Shown here: piece after piece, positions 50,254-61,300 of the stretch | How the letters are laid out: every line of letters starts with the position of its first letter | How positions within the stretch are numbered: the first letter of the stretch is position 1 | Source: Amphiscolops sp. MND2022 | Taxonomy: Eukaryota | Assembly: GCA_964187785.1 (NCBI GenBank) | Contig: OZ076412.1 | Span: 63,612,001-63,676,000, forward strand | Reading direction: 5' to 3' | Length of the DNA stretch: 64,000 nucleotides | Position numbers and translations under genes: made by a program | Notes under the pieces: generated by a model | What the model was told of the DNA's origin: nothing | The model's database searches: none | Seen by the model: the letters and a program-made list of their open reading frames with translations, nothing else

Positions 50254-51201
50254 ATGGAGAGCACACCACGAAATTCGATTCTAAATAGAACTGATTCAAT
50301 GAACCCTGCATTGGACTTAATCAATATCTCAAGTAGTTCGGGAGAAGAATTCATGGTGGAGCCCCTCTCAGTGAACGATCTAGATGAAAGATTTAGATCT
50401 GCCCCTTACCCTCTGACAGACATGTCCACAGCCTTTATGGGAGCAGCAGGAGCAGTGTTATTCCCTAGCAGCACCGATCCACAAGCAGGCGATGACCAAT
50501 AAATTGACACTAGGAATTCCCTTATCGAGAATGAACTGATGGACCTCTTGGATGACGTATCTAATATATCCTCCCTGACCTTCATCGGATCATCAGAAGA
50601 AGAAGACAATCCGTTCTTTGGTGCCAATTTCGCTAATGTAGATCAGGCTGATAGAAACAGCTACGGTCGACCAGACCAAAGTGTACAACCTATGGTCAGA
50701 ACTCCACGAGTAACAAGAGCAGCAGTGAACCCCCCGCTCGTACCAAGTAACAGGAGCGCTTTCTCAGTGGTAATACCCGAACAAAGAAGAGCTCCAGAAA
50801 TACAAACACACCCACCTATGCAAGCTAATTACTTGCCTATGCCCGTTCCGTTTTACCCCAATAATTGGAACAATATTACACATCCTCAACAAAACTTTCA
50901 CGGCCAAGCTCAATTTCAACCTCAAGGGCCATCTAACGGGCCCATATTGCAGATGAACCCCCCAGTAATGCCCGAAGTGGCCGGGTTTTGTGCTGGCTGT
51001 TCCAAAACTTATGACCAAATCGCTGTCGAGACGCTCACCCACTACGTTGCGTGGTCCGAATACCCAGACGAAACAATTCGCGATCGCAATGTGAGATCAA
51101 GAGCATTTGTTGATGGGTTCGGAGCAGCGCTGATCTGCTTCAAAAATGCTGGACTGTCGCCGGCTTACCCGTGCCAGATGTCCGGGGTGCAACATCGATG
51201 A
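50254..51201 (+). CDS. Sense accessory ORF (315 codons, one in-frame stop at 50500-50502), unknown function; ends 47 bp inside the 3' LTR
   Basis: ORFs 50254-50502 and 50539-51201 are in the same frame. Acidic/Ser-rich N-terminus, Pro/Gln-rich middle, C-terminal FCAGCSKTY..AFVDGF. Confidence 0.65.
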
Positions 51202-52992
51202 AGCAGTCAACGCTGCTTACCCATCATGATGGCTGTCTACTGGACAAGGACTTGATAAACATTTCAAACTTTAAACTTAAACAATGTTTGTTATTATTCG
51301 TTTGATAAAAAGTTGCTTTTAGTTGTACATTTCATCTAAAATGATTGTTGAACGTCGTTATTGTTGTTATTGTTCCACCCATAGGGTGGGTTGATCAATT
51401 GAAAAAACAACTGGAAAGGTAACGTCAAAGTTATCAAAACAGTGCTAAATCTTTGTTTTATCATCTTAAATGGTAGAAAGGAATTAGATCCAATGGTCTT
51501 ATATATCTTTGCTACACTTAATTATTTGTAGTTCAATCACGAGGAAAACAATCAAAAACAGTATGATGATTCATTTAAAAATCAGCATAACACTTTCGTA
51601 CGTTTATTTGATACTGATTATGCGGCATTATGCGGTTTTCATAAAACAGCATATGCGGTTTTGTTAAAGAAACAGCATAATGATCATGTACGCAGTATAG
51701 TTTATACTTTGTATTGCATTTTGCAGAAATCCAGTAGAAACAGCATTATGACTCGAGTTAAAAACAGCATATGCGGAAATTCAGTAGAAACAGCATGATG
51801 ACTTGAGCTAAAAACAGCATATGCGGAAATCTAGCAGAAACAGCATGATGGTTCAGATTGGGAACAGCATATGCGGAAACCCTGTGGAAACAGTATGAAG
51901 TTTCAATATAGGAACAGCATATGCGGAAATTTGACAGAAACAGTATGACGTTTTAACTTAAAAACAGTATAAAGAACCTTATTTCAGCTGATAAAATTAT
52001 ACTGAATTATGAGGTTTTCATGAGACAGCATATACTGCATTATGATGTAAAACAGCATAATTTGCAAGATTTCCAGTGCTACGATGTTGTAAGTCACAGT
52101 GCTATATTTAGATCTTCCAGGAGTCTGACGCAATATTATATTTTTAACATTTGACCCTAGAAGCATGACGTTATGGTGATTTGCATAAAATTGAAAGTCA
52201 TGTAACTAAAAATACCATCCAATGGAACCAGTTGAAGAGGGATCATCAAAAAACCACTTTTCTAACGAACATTCGAAAAATATCACACACTCAGAGCAGT
52301 CACTCATTTTCACAAACAACTCATAACCCACATACTTCGCAGTTTCCTTCCCCTGTAAAATAACTTCCACATTTTCATTTCACCAAAATATCTTTGTAAT
52401 TCAAAGATTTTCGCACCTAACATCGTTTTAATCATGGGAAACAAGAGAAAAAGACGATCAAGGAGAGTAGAGTCCCAATCGTCAGACAGAGACGAAAATA
52501 CTTCAGAAATAAGCTTCACTCAAGGTAATGCGACTTTAGTTGGTGTTTCTGAAAATGTTGATAATGTTCTTGACAGGAACTTAGGCAGTGAACTAACGGA
52601 ACCTTCTCAGATAAGCAATGAGATAAAAGTTATTTCGCAAAGACTAACAGAACAGAATAACGACAAGATGTCACAGATTGAAGAACAACTAAATAACAAA
52701 TTCGAAGAGATACTTAAGGAGATTAGAACAAACAAAAATCACATTGTAATGACTGATGAAGAGGATGCCGAGAATAGTCAGCCCGGTCCTTCTAACTATA
52801 GAAATAAGGGTCTCAGGAACAAACACGCATCAAGTACAACATCAGATAAAAATAAGAATCAGGATGACCGGTTCTATCCGTCTGAAATGAGTGAATTAAG
52901 ACAACCGTACACTCCAGTTGGGATTGCTGAAGACATTTTAGACGAAACCATTATCATAAATGAAAACAGACAGGAAAGGGCCGATCATCACA
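51155..52992 (+). repeat. 3' LTR of element 2 (1838 bp), contains an intact copy of the first ~186 gag codons
   Basis: Direct repeat of 35877-37722, followed by the TSD CTACT. Confidence 0.97.
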
Positions 52993-52997
52993 CTACT

Positions 52998-53875
52998 AGA
53001 TTACTATTTTCTGGACAGAACTTAACCTTGGATCTATAGTCACTTTGAGTTTTGACAATTGAAAATGCTTAAGATCTAAAATGCATTCAGGGATACCAAA
53101 GTGTGAAATACCCTTTGAATTTCTTTTCCGCAATGTGGAGAAGTTTGTTGACTTAGTCTAGAGAGTTTCATCCAAAAGTGTTACCTTTGAGTTTTTGTTA
53201 TAAGGTATGTAAAGAGTTTTTTTCAGACTGAAGGTCCTCCCTCGGGTTTCTTTTGGCAGTTTTTAATGTTTTTGAAGTTTCTTTTTTTCACAATTTAGTC
53301 TGTCAAGGGCGGAGCTGGTATCTGATTTCTGTATCTCATCAAATTGAACTATGAAAGTAATCTTTGTCGCCAAAAATGGCCAATTCGATAAAAATTGGTG
53401 ATAAATACGAATTCTCGACATTCTCTAAACTTTGCTAGAGTGTTTTTGAATTTCTGGGAAGTGTGAGTTCAACTTTGACCATTGATGAAGTATTGTATGG
53501 TTCAATTTTACCGTTTTCTGATATAACACAAATGATAAAAAGGTGCTTTGGCCGAATAACTTACGCTGATTCCGAATCATATTGCATATTGCAACAAAAA
53601 GATCGGTCTCAAGCACACGTACATGGAGGGAAACTCACTCACCCGTCGAAAAATCTGTGTCACGTGGAAAGTATTTTCCATCAGCGTTTTTAGTATCTAT
53701 TGGCAGAAACTAATGGAACTGGCAGAACTTGGGAAGGAACAGAAATTATTAATACTAACAAGACGGGAACGTCTGAAGTCGGCGCTATATCTAAGGCTCA
53801 AAAGCGTAGTTTTTAAAATATGTGCGGGACGTTTTCATGAAAAACTCCTGTATTCGAACCTCCGCCTTCCTTAAT
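52998..53875 (+). pseudogene. Possible piggyBac transposase remnant, 3' continuation
   Basis: STLTIDEVL..LPFS..TQMIK..FG..ADSESYC resembles the piggyBac IDE..F..QY..K.G...AD region; degenerate. Confidence 0.35.
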
Positions 53876-54193
53876 AAAACGCAATATAGTTCGGATATCA
53901 CAAGTTTGGATATAGCGCTTTACTCCGGATATTACGAGGGGAGGCTTCAATAAAATTAGAGGGGGACCCTTTGAAAACAAAAAAATGGAAAAAAAAATCT
54001 CACAATGCCGAAAAAAATTGAAAGGGGGGACACTTTAGTCTCATCCGGTTTTGTATGTTACGTTTAAAAAGTAAAAAAAAAACGAAAGGTCCGATAACTG
54101 GGGTTCCCAGGTAATTGTTTAGTTGAACAAATTGAACAAAAGTTTCGTCGCATTCGAGACTGTCTTGAAGAAAACAAACGAGTGACTGTAATA

Positions 54194-55943
54194 TGTAACG
54201 GCAAGCTGTTATTGGTCGCTTAACGCGTTAACAGAGGTGGAGGAACCTGCAGAAATGGGTGAATCGCTCGGCACAGACGCCCATCGCCACAGATCCATTT
54301 TGCCTCCCGGGTGAAATACGTCCCGGGGCCGCGGGTGCTTCGACGAATACTGTCCAACCGGTCCTAGTCTTTGATTGCTAATAATAACGGGCATCTTTCT
54401 GGCTCTCTAAAGACCACCGCTTAACTAGCATATAAAAACAATGCCAAGAATAAGGTAAATTTCCAGTTCCAGGGTGACATGTGAATAAGATCTAAAATTG
54501 GTGAATAAGATCTAAACTAGCGCTAGCGCTCCTGAATACAGCCAAAATCACTGAAAGTACATGAAAACAGGCACGAATATGGCAAACCACACAGCTACAA
54601 GCTGGGGCGCAGGGACTCCAAGCACCAAACAAGGATCTTTAGGCGAAAAGACTCATTTTTACGGTTTCCGCTACATAGGGTAGCATAATGCTTAAAATCG
54701 ATAAAACCGGTGTTAGCACCTCAAAAAGAGTCTATTTTCGGATGTTCTTGCCGTCTCTGGCTTCTGTCATGGCGGCGCGCCCGTGTTTTTGCTCGTTCTT
54801 GCTCTTTGTTGTCGAAGTACCTGCCAATTTCGTGGAAACAGCGAAAAGAGCAATCACATGCTCAGTGCCACGTCACACATCGGATTAGAATTTTTGACAA
54901 AATTTCTGAACATGTCAAAGTTGCAAAATCGGTTGATATTGCTGTACCAGAGCTTGCCGTTACATCACTCCCCGGGCTTTATGCATGACGTCCCTGTCAT
55001 GCGGAGAGGCTGGCATTGAATACATCGCCACATCATGAGTGCAATCCACGGGGGTCTCAAACTGGTGATGTTGCAACAGTCCAGTGGCACTGTCATCTTT
55101 TGCCCATTGGGCAACCATGAGGTCTTGCTTCTAGCCATCCAGAGAACCTGCATCGTCCAGAAACTGTTGAAACAGAGCTAGCTCGAAAGCTAGAAAACCA
55201 GTGCTCAAAAATGCACCTTGAAATTGATCAAATCTAAGATTCCATACATCAATCAAAAAAGCACCACTTTGTCAGCACGAGTTTTCTGCAAAAATCTGAA
55301 TAGGATACTGCTAGCACTTTGGTTTTTGGACGTCTAAAATTTCTTTTACGGAGCGTTCACGCTCCAAAGCGCACGTGGTTCTCAGCGAAACATCTTTTCC
55401 ACGGCAATAAAATTTCAGTTTGCAGCACAGTTAAAAGTTCTTTTCGCTAAAACTTCTTTTCAGCAGTAAAACCACTGTTTAAAAGGAAGACAAGCTGTTT
55501 CTTTGATACTTTTTTTTACAGTTCGGCTTGGTTTGGGCAACACGCACTGATGTGCAGCTCCATACCTATATAGAGTTCAGTAGCATCTGTCAAGGAGCGC
55601 ATCAGAAGCAAACTACGAACTGCTCGTAAGAGTAAGCACTGGAGTAAAGCAGACAAAGGTAGATCAAATCTTGCCATTTGCAGATCAGGAGCGCGCGCGC
55701 TCCTGATTTTTCCGGATATCACGTTAGAATCTGGAGGAAACTTCTGGAAATCTTCGAGAAAAAAAAAACAAAAATAGCACCTTTCGGGCGTAGCAATACA
55801 TGTAGAGGTTTTGTTTTTGGGTTATTTATTGCACTAGGGCTCCCCGGGTTTTAATCGCTGAGCACCTTCTTTAATATAAAGATAACAATGACTAACAAAA
55901 AATGCGAAGAAAATGCGAGAGGATGGATTGGGCGTTGAAGACA
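54194..55943 (-). repeat. Probable 3' LTR of element 3
   Basis: Starts TGTCTTCAAC directly after the PPT. The end at ..GCCGTTACA (54194) is inferred because the partner LTR is not in the window. Confidence 0.6.
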
Positions 55944-55957
55944 CCCCTTTCCCCCTT
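55944..55957 (-). promoter_or_regulatory. Polypurine tract AAGGGGGAAAGGGG
   Basis: All-purine run abutting TG, ~130 bp after the pol stop. Confidence 0.85.
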
Positions 55958-56086
55958 GAAAAGAAGTGGAGTGTGGTTCTGGCAATGGATTTCAACGCAC
56001 GCTACCACAAGGTAATCAGCAACGCGTGTTAAGCATGAGATATCAGGATAGCAAATAGAAAATCAACAAAAAAAATTACGTTAAAG

Positions 56087-58309
56087 CTAAGTGATGCCAG
56101 GAAATTGTTCAATACTGGCAATGAAGACATTGACGCGATCATGCAGAAATACAGTGATACCAGTCCCTGCAAAAACGTCCATGACACTATGATAAAAATT
56201 GTCCAAGCTGCGAAGTGGGCGCTCAGGGTCCATTATGGGGAAGTGAATATCAGGGGTATCATTGGACAATAATGAAGCTTTTAACTGCTCCAAGCATAAG
56301 CAAAAGTCATCGGTGATTTGTGGTGAACGCTGGGAGGGGTGTGTTATCATTAGGTGAATAACCTGATTATCCATAAAAGACAATGAGGATGGGATAGTTA
56401 GGACGTCACCAACTGTTGGACGAAGTTGGAATATTTTGTCGCTGCCACACTCGCGAAGAATGTAGCGCAAGGCAGCAGAATTAGTATTAAGGTCTGCAGG
56501 GCAGCAAATTGCTACGTGGCCCTGCACCTGCAAGAAATCAGTTTGGTCGTAAACAATGTAATCGACCAAATTTGGTCGTAGGGCACCAGGAAACACAATC
56601 TGACGTCCGGGACCTTTTTCATCAGCTGGGTCTATATGGTTCTGTCCACGAATAGCAGGTAGATCCTGCCATACGGACCTCGACAGAGACTGATTAACCA
56701 CATTTGCTGTTGACCATGAATTTAGGGTCCCAAGTGCAGTGTGGATCGTTACAGGCTCGTTAAAAGAATGGGTCCAATCATCCATAAGGCGGATACGAGG
56801 GAAGCTGGCGAATAAAGTGATAATCAGCTCTAGCCACCATCGGAACCGTAGTTTTCCACGATAAAGATCAACGATGTGGAAGCACAATATGAGTTCCTCA
56901 GTGACAACAGTCCGCAAACTCTCTAGACAGCTCCGCAAGCTGTCAGGTTGGACCAAAGAGTGAGTATATGGGGCAGTTACAAGCAACCACCAATATTGGG
57001 CTGGGCGATACACTTCCCCAGGCTGACAGGTGATGCCGTATTTGTCAGATAGGAGGTCAGCGGTGATACAGCGGACCATTTGGATGGGTTCCCTCTCATA
57101 ATTGAAAGGTCCAAATACAACGTTAGGAGTGACAGGAGGCACTGTGACGGCAAGTGTGAATTCCAATCCGCGGAGATCGCTCGTCCACTCCTTGAAGCGG
57201 GGACAAGGTTCCTCAGCAATCTTGGATTTAGATAATTCTTCCAGCACGACGTCTACAGGGAAGATACGTTCTCGTTCTAGACCGGTGTATGTCTTCTCTG
57301 CGCGGATGACAACGCGACTGACGAGAAGCTTACCATTGTGGATAGAAGGTCGAGGCTTTGGATCCACCGGAGCTTTCACAGGTCCAAGTGGGATAGTGGG
57401 AGATTTGTTCAAAGCCATGACACAAGTGCAATCGCGGAACCCACAGGTTCCACATCGATATCGAGGTACTCGATTCCGGCGTAAGCCATAGTGTGGGTTA
57501 ACCTGCGTTGCGCCTTGGTCAACATCGGATGTAAGGTGCGCGGTGGGCACATCAGAATCAGTATCCGATGTAATTGATGGCTGGGTGTCATTTTCACGAG
57601 CTGTTTGCTGTGAAGAAAAAGTGTGTCCTCGTGGCCTCCGAGGAGGTCGTCCTCGAGGACGTTCTCTGCGACTTGGAGCCCTTTGAGCGCGCAAGCTCAC
57701 GTTCTGCAACCGGGATTTTGTTGCTCGTGTTGAACAACGAGATAGAGCAGCTCGCGATCTGCCCCTACCACGCGTGCTAGGGACATTGTTCCGAGCAGTT
57801 GGCTCGTTGGTGTTGGAAAACTCGGTGTCACGGGTTTCAGTGTTTTGGAGGTTGGAGGTACCATTTGGAGGTTGGAGCGAACGCTCTGGGTCGGAACTGG
57901 AAAATTCAAATTGCTGAGAGTGGAGACGACTGCCTCCAGCTCGCATTCTAGTACGCAACCTGGTGTCCATCCATAGGCGTCTCCTTGATGGTCGCGATAC
58001 ATCTGATGCTTCAGACAGCGGTTCTTCCTCGCGATATGAGGGTTGTGAGCAGTCATCTCGGATCTCCTCAGCAGAGTGCTCAGGCTCAGGATCCATGACA
58101 ACGACCACTACGCCACTCGCCGAAGGAAGCGCAACAAACTCCGTCGGGCCACCATGATGAGGTTTCAGCCGCTCAAAGTGCACTTTTTGTCCTGAGTCCA
58201 GGATATAGACGCGCCCATCTTGTACTACATGGACAACCTTGTGCGGACCACGCCAAGCTCTCATCAACTTCGGTGATCCTTTTGAGGTACATAGCGGCAG
58301 AATACCCAA
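56087..58309 (-). CDS. Integrase C-terminal extension: GPY/F-like segment, Ser/Arg-rich linker, Cys cluster (CGTCGFRDCTC), two TARG1/OARD1-like macrodomains
   Basis: 740-codon ORF joined to integrase by an apparent 1-nt loss at ~58280. Repeats MVRCITAD..PGEVY..WLLVT..LRSCLESLR..LCFHI and AICCPAD..VGDVL..IHLMIT..LEQLK..IHFPI..DVFAGTGITV match the TARG1 pattern LAHCISED..GEVAV..IYYLIT..LEAMK..LSMPRI..EVF..TDI. Confidence 0.7.
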   Translation of the reverse strand: MGILPLCTSKGSPKLMRAWRGPHKVVHVVQDGRVYILDSGQKVHFERLKPHHGGPTEFVALPSASGVVVVVMDPEPEHSAEEIRDDCSQPSYREEEPLSEASDVSRPSRRRLWMDTRLRTRMRAGGSRLHSQQFEFSSSDPERSLQPPNGTSNLQNTETRDTEFSNTNEPTARNNVPSTRGRGRSRAALSRCSTRATKSRLQNVSLRAQRAPSRRERPRGRPPRRPRGHTFSSQQTARENDTQPSITSDTDSDVPTAHLTSDVDQGATQVNPHYGLRRNRVPRYRCGTCGFRDCTCVMALNKSPTIPLGPVKAPVDPKPRPSIHNGKLLVSRVVIRAEKTYTGLERERIFPVDVVLEELSKSKIAEEPCPRFKEWTSDLRGLEFTLAVTVPPVTPNVVFGPFNYEREPIQMVRCITADLLSDKYGITCQPGEVYRPAQYWWLLVTAPYTHSLVQPDSLRSCLESLRTVVTEELILCFHIVDLYRGKLRFRWWLELIITLFASFPRIRLMDDWTHSFNEPVTIHTALGTLNSWSTANVVNQSLSRSVWQDLPAIRGQNHIDPADEKGPGRQIVFPGALRPNLVDYIVYDQTDFLQVQGHVAICCPADLNTNSAALRYILRECGSDKIFQLRPTVGDVLTIPSSLSFMDNQVIHLMITHPSQRSPQITDDFCLCLEQLKASLLSNDTPDIHFPIMDPERPLRSLDNFYHSVMDVFAGTGITVFLHDRVNVFIASIEQFPGIT

Positions 58310-61300
58310 ACGGGGCCTCCCACGTTGTATGCGTTTGCACGAATAGCTCGATCGTACTTTAGTTTTTGACGTTGTTGCGCCTGATGCGTGTTTCTACGCA
58401 CCAAGTCATGAATCTCTTGCTGGCGAGCAAGAATATGCTCCACATAAGCTCCATGCGATTCAAATGATCTGGCTGCGAACTCCGGATACAGATAGGTGAG
58501 AGGAATAGCCTTTTCGGTCCCTCGGGTCAGCATGTAGGGTGAAAACCCAGTCGTGGCATGGCGCGTTGAGTTATACGCTCCCATGACTTCATCCAAATGC
58601 TGGTCCCAATCTCTCATGCGACGCGAGCAGAATACCCGCAACAAAGTCAGCAAAGTCCGATTTTGTCGTTCAACCAGGCCTTGGGTGCGCGGATGACCCG
58701 CCGTAGAGGTAACTTTTGTGACCTGAGATGCCCTCATGAACTCATTGGATACCTCTGCAGTCAAGTTGGGGGCATTGCCTGATTGCATCCGCGTAGGCGT
58801 GCCGTGTCTGGCAAACCATTTCTGCAAAAGCAACCGAGACGTGGTCACTGCATCGTAATCCTCATGGCTGCAGGGTACAGCTTCCGCAAACTTGGAGAAA
58901 TGGTCAATTATCACCAATATGACGGTGTTATTGTTATCGGAGGGGCATATTTTTAGATGGTCATACTGGACCAACTCATTGAAATACCCACTTTGGATAT
59001 TTTACAATTGAAACCGAACGTCACCCGGCCTGTCACGTACTTGCTGGCACGTGAGGCACTGACTCACGTACTGACCAACGCTGCGGCGAATACCTGGCCA
59101 GGTATGGCGTTCTTGGATTCGCGACACCACCTTTGCAATGCCTTGGTGGCCCATGGCATCATGAGCACGAAACAAAATTTCATGCTGGTACAATTGTGGC
59201 ATTACAATCATGCACGGACGTTAGTGCAATGGACGTTGCTGAGGTGGATACCTCACACAAAGGATTCCATTTTTGTTTACAAACAGGAGATCTTTTTTCT
59301 GCTTGTAATAGTTACGTGCGAACGCACGCACGTCGTCAGGAAATATGTCATGATCAATAGACTCTTGTGCCACCAACTTCTTTATGGCTATCACATGCAC
59401 ATCACGATTCTGCGCCAAAAGCAGATCCTTGATGCCATGCACCGAGTTGGCATGTTCATGAAGTTCCGTGTCTATGTCTTTGATGGCTAGGGCAGCTTGC
59501 CTAACCACCGTTGAAGCGGACGCCATGGCTTGCTCCACTGTTTCGTCAAGGGCATATGTCATGCGTGAGGGGATATTTGCCACATGTGTAGGCAGCAAGT
59601 AATCTTGCCTAGCCTCTTCAGTGACGTCAATCCAGTCCTCAGGATAATCTGGATAGAAGTCTTCGTGAGTTTGCAATGTAGGCACTAGTGCCTCAGGTAG
59701 AGGAGCGCGTAGCGCCCTCTCCCTTTTCTCAGCGGCCTGACGGCGCTTACGCCGTCGTGCAACACGACAAATTGCATTTTTGGAGTCTGGTTTAGTGTTC
59801 CGCAAGTGAGCTGGAAATTGGGGGTGATTGGGTATCACCCGACTATGCAAATCGAACCAAGGTGCAACGGGCAGCTGGTCAAACTCCTCCTGCGAGAGGA
59901 AATTCCATTTGTCCGTTACAGCTGGCAGCTTCTCGAGCTGCTTCTCTCGCCACCGATAATCATTGGTTCGTTTACTGAGGCCATCGGCATTCCTATGCTG
60001 TGTCCTGGAACGATGCTCCACTTTTAAATACTTTGAAATAGTACTTCTCGAGTGCCATACCCCATCGACCAATCAAGGCCTGATCAGTGGAATACGTTTT
60101 GAGCCAAGAGAGAGCTTGATTGTCAACCCGAAGGATGAACTTTCTGGAGCAGAGATAACTGTGCTTCTTCAAGATGAAATAATAAGCTGCGTACAATTCA
60201 AGCTTGGGAGCGCCTTACTTCGCTTGAGTGGCATTCAACTTCTTGCTACCATACACAATTGGTCTCAGGCGCTTTTCGCCCGGAGGACCCTGCCACTGAT
60301 GCAAAATGCCGGAAAATGCAACAGCACTGGCATCAGTGTCTATCACAACTTCGCCCTCCGAGTCCGGTTGCGCCAAGGCAGTTGCCTCGATCAAAGCCAA
60401 TTTGACGGCGTTGAAAGCCTGTTGCTGCTCATCCCCCAGGCGAAAGTCGCGCCCAGGCCGGTAATAGCATGCAAGGGGGCCACAAGCTTGGCGTGCCAAG
60501 GAGTAAACTCTCGATAATAGTTGGCGAAGCCCAAAAAGCTTTGCATCTCTGTTTTGTTCCTCGGTACTTCCCAATCGCGTAATTTTGCCACTGCTTTAGG
60601 ATCAGGTTTGATACCTTCGGCAGAGACCACACGTCCCAGGTACTTGATTTCCGACTTCATAAAGTCGCACTTAGCGACTCTCATTTTGAAGCCAGCTTCG
60701 CGCAGACATTCAAATACCTCGCGTAAGCGTACCATGTGGTCCTCGACTGTCTCGGTAGCAATGACGATGTCGTCAATGTACGCCATCACCATGCTTCCTT
60801 CCCGGTTCACAATTTTCCGTAGCGCTCGCGCTATGGCTCGCTGGAAAGTAGCTGAAGCGTTACACATCCCAAAGGGCATACGTCGCCATTCAAACAAACC
60901 CAGCTCGCAGGCAAAGGCTGTTTTTTGCCTATCTGCTTTGCAGAATGGTATCTGCCAGAAGCCCAGGCCAAATCAATGCTAGTGTAAATCTTGGCCTTAC
61001 CCAAGCGTGAAAGGCTTTCATCGATGCGTGGGAGGGGATACGCGTCCTTTATTGTGACAGCGTTGAGGGGGCGAAAGTCGCAACAGAATCGCAACTCTCC
61101 ATTTTTCTTTTTGACCATAACAATCCCACTCGCCCAAGGTGATAGCGAAGGTTGGATCATGCCCAAAGCCAGGAGATTGCGTACCTCCTGATTGGCGCGC
61201 CCCGCCTTGTCAGGAGACATTCTTCTCGCGCCTTCACGGTGCGGTGTAGCCCCAGGCTCCAACTCAACAGGATGCTTGGCTATTGTGCAGCGACCAATGT

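Larger units (their letters stand above)
35877..52992 (+). mobile_element. Full-length 17.1-kb Ty3/Gypsy LTR retrotransposon (element 2) with extra genes
   Basis: TG..CA direct repeats at 35877-37722 and 51155-52992, 5-bp TSD CTACT (35872-35876, 52993-52997), a PBS, gag, and pol in PR-RT-RH-IN order. Confidence 0.98.
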
